Part shown: positions 54,300 through 64,000 of the stretch, one piece after another
How the letters are laid out: each line of letters opens with the position of its first letter
Position numbering within the stretch: the first letter of the stretch is position 1
Origin: Antechinus flavipes
Taxonomy: Eukaryota
Assembly: GCF_016432865.1 (NCBI RefSeq)
Contig: NC_067403.1
Coordinates: 203,422,001 to 203,486,000 of the forward strand
Reading direction: 5' to 3'
Length of the DNA stretch: 64,000 nucleotides
The notes under the pieces: model-generated
Database searches by the model: none
Told to the model about the DNA's origin: nothing
Seen by the model: the letters and a program-made list of their open reading frames with translations, nothing else
Made by a program: the position numbers and the translations under genes

Positions 54300-55075
54300 A
54301 TGATAAATCTTGAAGGGGGGTTGAAAATAACTGAGACACTAATGCAGTTGTGAAATGACTTTACCATTCTGAAGAGCAATTTGAAATTATATCCAAAGAA
54401 CTGTAAAACTATGAATACCCTTTGATCCATAAGTGTCACTGCTGGGTCTATAACCTAAAGAGATCCTGAAAGGGGGAAAGGACTCACATGTGCAAAAACA
54501 TTTGTAATAGCTCTTTTTATAGTGGCAAGGAATTGGAAATTGAGTGGATGCCGATAAGTTGAGGAATGGCTGAATAAGTTATGGTATATGAATATAATGC
54601 AATATTATTGTTCTATAAGAAATGATGAGCAGGTTGATTTCAGAAAAGTCTGGTACCTACATGAAGTGATGCTGAGGGAAGTGAGCACAACCAACGGGAC
54701 ATTGTACATAGTAACAACAAGATTATGTGATGATTAACTGTGATGGACTTGGCTCTTCTCAATAATGCAGTGATTCAAGACAATTCCAATAGACTTGTGA
54801 CAGAAAAAGCCATTCCCATCCAGAGAGAGAACTATGAAGACTGAGTGTGGATCAAAACATAGTATTTTCACTTTTTTGTTTCTTTGTTTACTTTTTTCTC
54901 ATGTTTTTTTCCCCTCTTGGTCTGATTTTTCTTGTACAACATGACAAATATGGAAATATTTTTAAAAGGATTACACATGTTTAAAAGATATCAAATGGAA
55001 GAAGAGAGAAAAATTTGGAAAAAAATCTTACAAAAATAAATTTTGGAAATTAAAAAAATAAATAAAATTAAATTG
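54300..55075 (+). mobile_element. 5'-truncated L1 3' end
   Basis: ORF2 C-terminus, 3' UTR and A-rich tail. Confidence 0.85.
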
Positions 55076-57497
55076 TACATCTTTAAAAAAAAAAAACTAT
55101 CAGATTAAACCAAAGGAAAAAAGGACTTTTAACTCCTTTTGAGGTTTCCTCATATTTTGTAAAGATATCTAAGCTCATGATTTCTTTATTTAATTCTGCC
55201 TCTTAAAAATTCCTCAGTATCTCTACTACTATTTCTTCTTCCTACATTATAGCTATTCTTAAAATTGAAGCTTTTAATCTTTGTTCTTCATGGGTCAACA
55301 AACCTATGGATCTCATCTCAGAATGCTTTTAAATAAATACAATAAAATAAACCTAGAATTATAAAGGAAACTAATTATATTGAAATATAGCTTTCAAAAT
55401 ATTGTTTAAAAACAAGTTCATGGACTCAAAATTAAAATTTTCTATTCTATGGTATCTAGTGTGTGTGTGTGTACAGTTTTCTCTCTCCTTCCTTTCTAAT
55501 TTAAAGCCCTTTGATTAAATTTGTAAGACTCCAGGAAAATACATTTTACCAGTTCTCCTTAGAGATGCTACATCTCTGAACAAGAACCTGTCATGTCTGT
55601 ATATTAAATTATAATTCAGAAAACCATATCCCATTCTCAGACCCCAATAACCTATTTACTTCCCAGATCTTATCACTCTCTTTTCATGCTGCAGTACTCT
55701 GAAAGAACAAATTTAAAAGGGACCCATCTCATATAAACCAACAACAATTATATTGCTTCTTCCACCTAAACATATTGAAATCGTGTCACTGTCCAGTGCC
55801 TTATCTGTGGTCTTTGCATTGCACTGTCTCTCACAGATCTTTTCTGTGATTTTTTCCTGACTTGGTTATTCTCTGCAACATTGGACTGGGTGGTTGAAGC
55901 CACTTCTCATAGTGATTCAAGAGTACCAGTCCTTCTAAGATTAGGACCTTCATATAAACTACTAGATATAGGAGATCTGTACTATCCTGGAATTCTAGAT
56001 TCTATGCATATTCTTCCCTATTCCAAGCCCAACCCCTTTCTTACATTTCCAAATGATCATGAACAATGTATTATTGGATCTTTTACAATATCTGCAGATG
56101 GATTGATTCAACAAATATGTATTGAATGCCTATGATTTTTTAATTCTTTATTTACTTTTTTCTCATGTTTTTCCCCCTCTTGGTCTGATTTTCTTGTACA
56201 ACATGACAAATATGGAAATATTTTTAAAAGGTTTACACGTGTTTAAAAGATATCAAATGGAAGAAGAGAGAAAAATTTGGAAAAAATCTTACAAAAATAA
56301 ATTTTGGAAATTAAAAAAATAAATAAAATTAAATTGTACATCTTTTAAAAAAAAAAAAACTATCAGATTAAACCAAAGGAAAAAAGGACTTTTAACTCCT
56401 TTTGAGGTTTCCTCATATTTTGTAAAGATATCTAAGCTCATGATTTCTTTATTTAATTCTGCCTCTTAAAAATTCCTCAGTATCTCTACTACTATTTCTT
56501 CTTCCTACATTATAGCTATTCTTAAAATTGAAGCTTTTAATCTTTGTTCTTCATCGGTCAACAAACCTATGGATCTCATCTCAGAATGCTTTTAAATAAA
56601 TACAATAAAATAAACCTAGAATTATAAAGGAAACTAATTATATTGAAATATAGTTTTCAAAATATTGTTTAAAAACAAGTTCATGGACTCAAAATTAAAA
56701 TTTTCTATTCTATGGTATCTAGTGTGTGTGTGTGTACAGTTTTCTCTCTCCTTCCTTTCTAATTTAAAGCCCTTTGATTAAATTTGTAAGACTCCAGGAA
56801 AATACATTTTACCAGTTCTCCTTAGAGATGCTACATCTCTGAACAAGAACCTGTCATGTCTGTATATTAAATTATAATTCAGAAAACCATATCCCATTCT
56901 CAGACCCCAATAACCTATTTACTTCCCAGATCTTATCACTCTCTTTTCATGCTGCAGTACTCTGAAAGAACAAATTTAAAAGGGACCCATCTCATATAAA
57001 CCAACAACAATTATATTGCTTCTTCCACCTAAACATATTGAAATCGTGTCACTGTCCAGTGCCTTATCTGTGGTCTTTGCATTGCACTGTTTCTCACAGA
57101 TCTTTTCTGTGATTTTTCCCTGACTTGGTAATTCTCTGCAACATTGGACTGGGTGGTTGAAGCCACTTCTCATAGTGATTCAAGAGTACCAGTCCTTCTA
57201 AGATTAGGACCTTCATATAAATTACTAGATATAGGAGATTTGTACTATCCTGGAATTCTAGATTCTATGCATATTCTTCCCTATTCCAAGCCAAAACCCT
57301 TTCTTACATTTCCAAATGATCATGAACAATGTATTATTGGATCTTTTACAATATCTGCAGATGGATTGATTCAACAGATATGTATTGAATGCCTATGATT
57401 TTTTAATTCTTTATTTACTTTTTTCTCATGTTTTTCCCCCTCTTGGTCTGATTTTCTTGTACAACATGACAAATATGGAAATATTTTTTAAAGGATT
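54880..57497 (+). repeat. Tandem duplication, unit about 1263 bp, about 2.07 copies
   Basis: Near-identical ORFs at 55881 and 57144 (offset 1263). Copies differ by scattered substitutions and indels. A third partial copy of about 90 bp starts at about 57407. Confidence 0.95.
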
Positions 57498-58504
57498 GTA
57501 CATGTACTTTGGAAGATCAATTTCAGATAAGAAGCACTACCTGTGCCAGTAGATATTAGAAATAATTGCTGGATTGAAATGAATTAAAAGAATGATCTTG
57601 ACAGTCAATCTTTCAGATTCTTATTTAACCTTCTTTTGAATATCTTCATCAATACAGCATCTTCTCAGCCCATACTCCTGATATCCACTGTCACTACAGA
57701 GGACACCCAAACCATCAACAACCTTGTCTATTTGTCAGAACTACCCTATTTATGTCACAGTAAAAAACTTCTAAATCGAGTTTTAAATGATTCATAGCTC
57801 CTTTATTCTGTTTGTACAGCCTAATTTGTACAGGACAACCTCCCCTAATTTTTCAATAATAGATGCTCTCCCTTGTCCAATTTAGTCTTATATAATCATT
57901 CAAAGCTAATTTTCAAATGCCAATTTGCTCTGGGCTAAGAAGTGTTTTTCTGGCATTACTCTAACACGTTGGTAGCTTCAAATTGTAACTATGTGGATAT
58001 AGCCAGAAATACTGTACTATATGTAACCAATGTTACAGCTATCCAAAGCTCAGTCCTACTAAGCTACATATCATGAGCAGTTTCTGTATATCATCGAATT
58101 CATCCTCTTTTCTAAGTGGGAACAGAGTCAGGACCTAAGAAGAGTTACACAGGTTCCACGAAGCTAACACTGGTTTTTCCACATTGGGAGGTCAATCTAG
58201 GACATCTAAAACAATCTGGCTCAATCAATCTATGAAACAAGATGGGGAAAGAGTTATGATTGATGCTCAAGGAACTGGTTTCTTATTAGAGCCAGTCTTC
58301 CAATGACTACTGTTAGGAGAGACTTCAGGAAAATAGACACATTGATCTTTGTTGGGGGATCTATGGAGAAGTCCAGCCGTTCTGAAAAGTAAGTTTTAAT
58401 GACTGAAAAGCCACTATACTGTCATTCCTTTTGACCCAGCAATACTATCATTAAGCCTAAATTTGAGGGAGATCAAAAAAAAAGAACCAAAGGTTCCATA
58501 TGTA

Positions 58505-58506
<2 letters not shown>

Positions 58507-58557
<51 letters not shown>
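58507..58557. repeat. (GT)25 microsatellite within an L1 fragment (about 58400-58770)
   Basis: Seen directly. Confidence 0.95.
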
Positions 58558-58558
<1 letters not shown>

Positions 58559-58786
58559 TGGCAAAGAAGTAAAAACTAAAGGATCAATTAGAGAATGACT
58601 AAACAAAGTATGATATTTAAAAGTAACAAGATATTATTGAGCAATGACAAAGAAAGAAAGTAGTGGAAGAGAAATCCAGAAAGATTTGTATGAACTGATG
58701 CAGAGTAAAGTGAGAAGAGAAAAAACTTTATAGTAAAATAAAATTGTAAAAATGATTTCTTTTTTAAAGACAAGATTTTGCCCTAC

Positions 58787-58856
58787 CTGTTGGTTGTTTC
58801 GCTCAGTCAGATCATGGATTCCAGCAATTACCATCCACACAGGCACATGCTGCTTC
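58787..58856 (-). CDS. OVCH2: OVCH2-like internal exon (K)KQHVPVWMVIAGIHDLTERNNQQ
   Basis: 70 nt between ttttctag and CAG|gtaggg. Phase 2 to 0 joins both neighbouring exons in frame. WxVxAGxHDL strand of S1 proteases. Confidence 0.88.
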
Positions 58857-59749
58857 CTAGAAAAAAGGAAAGAGAAAATTCTAAGAGGATTTTTCACTTA
58901 CAGCCTCTCTATCTGCTAAAACAGACTATGTCAGAAATAAAAAGTCACGTGATTCCCTTAAGTCCCATGATACAATGACCAGGTTCATGCATAAACTAAC
59001 CTGGAGGAGTACCCTATACACAATCATAACTTGAATTTTTGTAGCACTTTAAAGCTTGTGAAGTACTTAGTTCACAATAATTCTATTAGAAAGGAGGGAG
59101 AGTTCCATTATCCCCATTTTATATATAAGAAAACAGAACTTCAAGGTGGTTAAGTGATTTATCAAGTTCCCACAGTTTAAAAATATAGTCAAACTGGAAT
59201 TCAGACATATCATTCAACTATAAGATAGATGCTCAATGGATGTTTCTTGAATTACTAAATCTCATATCAAAAAGAAAGAAAAGACTGAGAAGAAACAAGC
59301 CTTAAGGATTTTTCTGACTTGTAATATGATAGATAGTTCGTGTTTTATAGCTTTTATTTTCAAGGAATTTTTTATTCATTATTCATTTCAACCATAATTT
59401 GATAATACCATGTTCATTTTATAAATGAAGGAAGTAGGCAGCTAAATGGCACAGTGGATACAGCACTAGCCCCAGTAAACAAAAGGACTTCAAATCTGGC
59501 CTTAGAAATGAAACATTGGGCAAGCCACTGCAAAAATAAGTAAATAAATAAAAGAGGCTACTGAGGCACAGTGAATAATTGCAGTATGGATATTATTATC
59601 TGTGTATATATAAATGTGCATTTTTGGCCTTTCTTTTATATTCCCAGCACTTAACACAGTGTATGACACATAAGATAATAAATGCTTGCTGAATGAATAT
59701 TGCATTAGATTTATGATCAGAAAATGGATACAATCTGCTATGTTCTACT

Positions 59750-60720
59750 ATTATTTTTTCTTTTTTTAAAAATAATTTCTTTGTTGAACTAAATATAAAA
59801 TAAGAAAAAACAGAATAGAAAAAAGAAAGACAGAAAAGGAAAATTTTTTAAAACATAGTCATGTGCCAACAGAACATCAGGAAGGATTCAAAGTATATAA
59901 CAATACATTTCCATTTCAAGAAAGAATATATAATAATAGAAGAAAATATATTCATGAGTATTTGGAAGAAAATCCAAGTTTCTGTCTTTACTCCGCCATC
60001 TTAGTTCCACTTTTCTTATTTGCTTTTTAAAGTCTTTTCTGAGTTCTTCTATAAATTCTTTTTGGGCAGGGAATCATTTAATGTTGCTCTGTGGGATAGA
60101 AGAAGCTTTTTTTTTATTTCAGTATATCTTCCTCTGAAGAGATGAACCCTGGTCTTCCCTATTCCCTAAGTTTCTATAGTTGTGTTCTTTTTTCTTTGTT
60201 ATCAGTTTTTTTTTTTTTAATAAAAACTATTAATGTAAACACCTCTAGTCCTGGAATGTAAAGTAAGTTGTCTCTAGCTTCACTTCAGCTCTCTCCTCTG
60301 ATCTGGAACCCTAAACCAAAAAGTTCCACTCTCCTGCAAGTGCCCATAGCCAGCGTCCCTGACCCACTCTTTCTGCAGTCATGGGGTGAGTTGGCTCCTT
60401 CTCCCCCAGGACAATGTCACTACAGCACAGGTAGGCTTGGGGTTTCTAATCAGAAGAGATTTCCCATTCCCAAAGCTATCCAGAGGTGAAAGCTCCTATG
60501 ATTCCAGCTGGGACTCCAACCAAACCCAGCTAGCCCCCGAGTCTCCCATTTGCTAGTTCTCTAGAGCTAGAAATATTTGCCCTTCATACTAATTATATTC
60601 ATACTAATTAATCCTTTTCCTGGAGTCTTTTTTGGGTCTTCCTGGGTTATCCCTAGAGGACCCCCATTCTGTCCCAAGTCCTTTTTGTTTTTCATTAGTG
60701 CATATTCACTCTGAGGTGTG
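59750..60720 (-). mobile_element. Mosaic of L1 5' UTR/ORF1-start and 3' UTR fragments
   Basis: L1 5'-end motif aagatggcggag on the minus strand at about 59991-60002, next to ORF1-like (KxQIRxVE) and 5' UTR-like text. Confidence 0.55.
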
Positions 60721-61099
60721 GAGGAAATATGGAAGGCTTGAAATTTTCTAACCTACTCTGACATCTTACCAGAATCCTCCCTACGGTTATTTTTCAAAGC
60801 ATTAATAACTCAGTAGAGCCAAAAAGTACTCTTATGGTTATTCTGCAACAAAGAGTCTATCTTGAGTACATGTTAAGATCATGTCTATTACAAATGTGAC
60901 CATAGAGATAATATTATTTAAATGATCCCACTAAGTATTTAAATCAGAGCCAAAAAGGAAAAAGAGATATCCACCAAAGATCTCCTCTAGTGTTTTGGGG
61001 GAAGATATACAACTCCCAAATAAAAAAAATATATTTTCTATAGATAATGAGGGTCTCCAAGTGAGTTCATACTGATTGTATCAAGGACTAAAAAATATA

Positions 61100-61745
61100 T
61101 ATAATTTCCTCATGAGAATAACTACCACTGGAAAAATGTATACTAACTATGCACAGAGAAAAATCAAAGTAGTTGAAAGATATATATTACTGAGATTGCT
61201 GGATATATATATATATATGATTGCCAACTCATTGGACAATTCCATCAGTATATATATCTCAGATAGGTGTTATAGACAATGAGAAGAGCCCAGAATAGAA
61301 TAGGAATAGATCAGGCAAGATCCCAATTTGAAAGGTTATTTCGTACTTCCAATGATCCCAAGCTCTTCACTACTTAAAAAAAGAATCTTTAATATCAATA
61401 ATTTCTCACTGATGTAATATAGATACAAATCACAGAATATAATGATCTCAGAATGCTGGATTTGCAGGTGCCTCAAAAGACAATAGAAAGTCAAATGGAA
61501 GTTGTAAATAGATTGCTGATGATTTGGATTTGAGAAGCATAAAACATATCATCAATAAGATGAATGGCCAAAAAAGGAAGTGGGCCAGCCATGTAATAAG
61601 AGTGAGAGATTATACAGAAATAGCCTAAATGTAGCACTACTTAGCCAGAAAGTACTAAAAAACCAGAAGGCTGCCAATGCAATAGCTATATCCATCCACT
61701 AGCAGGGGATTATGGAAAGAAATAGATGTGATTTGTATAAGATGA
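61100..61745 (+). mobile_element. Degraded RTE LINE 3' portion
   Basis: aggaagtgggccagccatgtaataagagtgagagat encodes an RTE-type KWAxHVxR motif. Confidence 0.6.
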
Positions 61746-61759
61746 GTTCCATTGCCATA

Positions 61760-62275
61760 TCACTTATTGTCTATTGGACATTTCCAACTGGATTTCCCAT
61801 AAACAATTCAAATTCAGCATTTGAATGAAACATATTTCATTATCTTTTCTCAAAATTCTCTCTTCCTAACTAGTCTACTTTTATAAATGGATGACTATCT
61901 TTCCACTTATCCAGGTTTTCAACCTTAGAATCATCTTCTAATCATCCATCTCCCTCACCATATCTAATCAGTTGCCAAGTTATGTCAATTTTACATGCAC
62001 TTCTCTCCATGGAGACTGCCAGCACCTTACTTCAAGCCTTCATCCCCTTTCACCTGACTTCAAATAATTTCCTCCCTGGAGTTTCTCACTTTTTCAATCT
62101 ATTCTCCACATAAATGTCAGTCATCTTCTTGCCTTAAGGTTCAAATACAAACTCCTCTTTGAGACATTTAAAGCCCACTATGTTCTTGCTTCAGCTTATT
62201 TTCCAGGCTTTTATATTTGTATCCTCAGCACCCAACACAATGCCTGGAACACTGGAGACATTTAATAAATGCTTT
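61760..62275 (+). mobile_element. L2 3' end
   Basis: Ends cacaatgcctggaac...atttaataaatgct, the L2 tail. Confidence 0.65.
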
Positions 62276-62853
62276 GATAAGATTAGTTTTGTATCTGTAT
62301 CAGTGAAGGAATACTGACCTGGATGAGACCACTAATATATTTAAAATAAAAACAAAAATGATATTTCCTTTTAATAACACATGTATATATACATATATAT
62401 ACATATATATATATATGTTTTCCTAATACCATCCTAAAGCCAAATCTCATCAGCATGTCCACATCTTATGAAATGTTTATAAGATATATGAAATTCCAGA
62501 GGTCATTAGTCAATGATAATTATAGTAAGGAGCTTGCATTTCTGTAGCATTTTAAAAGATATTATATGCATTATTTCACTTGATCCTCATGAAATTTAAG
62601 TTAGGGATAGAAAATCTTTCTATCCTAAATGTAAATATGAGGAAATTGAGAGTCAAACATGTTTGGGATTGATGCAATGTCACACAGGATCAAGCTGCTA
62701 TTCAAACACAAATCTCCTGACTTTTTTCTACTACCCCAAGTAATCACTCAACATTATTTTCCAATTTGTTTCTCCATACATCTTTCAGGTCTTTATTTAG
62801 AACTCTATTTGTGTCTAAAATCTCTTGTATGACCTTCAACATGTTATTCTCTT

Positions 62854-63043
62854 CAGGGGTCCTCAAACTTTTTAAATAGGGGCCAGCTCACTGTCCCTCA
62901 GACTGTTGGAGGGCCGGACTAGAGTAAAAACAAAAACTTTGTTTGGTGGGCCTTTAAATAAAGAAACTTCATAGCCCTGGGTGAGGGGGATAAACGTCCT
63001 CAGCTGCCACATCTGGCCCACAGGCCATAGTTTGAGGACCGCG
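62854..63043 (+). mobile_element. Non-autonomous OC1/OposCharlie1-like hAT MITE
   Basis: Starts caggggtcctcaaactttttaaa...tcactgtccctcagac and ends tagtttgaggaccgcg (degenerate TIR). Identification by recall of the OC1 consensus. Confidence 0.75.
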
Positions 63044-63342
63044 TCTAATTCTTTCATGTTGATGAGTTTTGTCTTCCTGGAAGCAAAAGCGGCAGGGGAA
63101 AATAAAGGGGACTTCACAGTCAGAGAAGGAAGTTGCTACAACTCTTTTGATAACCCATGTGAGCAAGAAGGAAGGAAATAGAGAGATCCACAAGAAAGAG
63201 CAAAAAAAGACATCATAAGATGAGGCTGTTGGTCTAAGTAGTTGTCAGTGCTATCATGACTTGAAGGAATGAAGGATTCTTGGAAGACTGAGGGTTAAAG
63301 ATAAATGCAACATAAATCAACCAGACCTTCTCATTGTACTTA

Positions 63343-63815
<473 letters not shown>

Positions 63816-64000
63816 CATTAAAAAAAATACAATATAAGACAGTAGTCAATGACCCCTAGGCTCCTCCCTCGTTTTCACTGTATTCATCCTATCATGTCTC
63901 AAATCCTCTAGATCAGCAGTTCTTAATCTAGTGATTTAGGGGGAAATGGATTTTCATTTTCACTAATCCTCTAACTAAAAATTAACATTTTCTTCAATTG

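Noticed and set aside
55881-57398. Two near-identical 84-aa ORFs
   Set aside because: They only mark the tandem duplication. There is no homology, and the opposite-strand frame is open in only one copy.

Overview
AT-rich, CpG-depleted vertebrate DNA. Its repeat content (WSINE1- and Mar1-like SINEs, marsupial-type L1, RTE, an OC1-like hAT element) points to a marsupial, probably a dasyurid; this is inferred from recalled repeat consensus. No prokaryotic features, RNA genes or CRISPR arrays were seen. The only well-supported gene is on the minus strand: five exons (63344-63530, 58787-58856, 49668-49863, 48707-48858, 48179-48344; 771 nt, phases consistent) encoding a complete trypsin-like serine protease domain with an SR|IVGG activation site, intact His/Asp/Ser triad and Asp189. 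It is best read as the second, C-terminal protease domain of ovochymase-2 (OVCH2), which human OVCH2 lacks. The 5' part of the gene lies beyond the right edge and the terminal exon is unresolved. The rest is mostly L1, L2, CR1/L3, RTE, MIR/Mar1/WSINE1, hAT and LTR fragments, microsatellites and a 176-nt assembly gap. Structural oddities: a 1.26-kb intronic tandem duplication with a chimeric junction, a 48-bp inverted repeat pair about 1 kb apart, a possible L1 3' transduction and an ORF2-deleted L1. Repeat boundaries are approximate and family names come from recall, not a database search.
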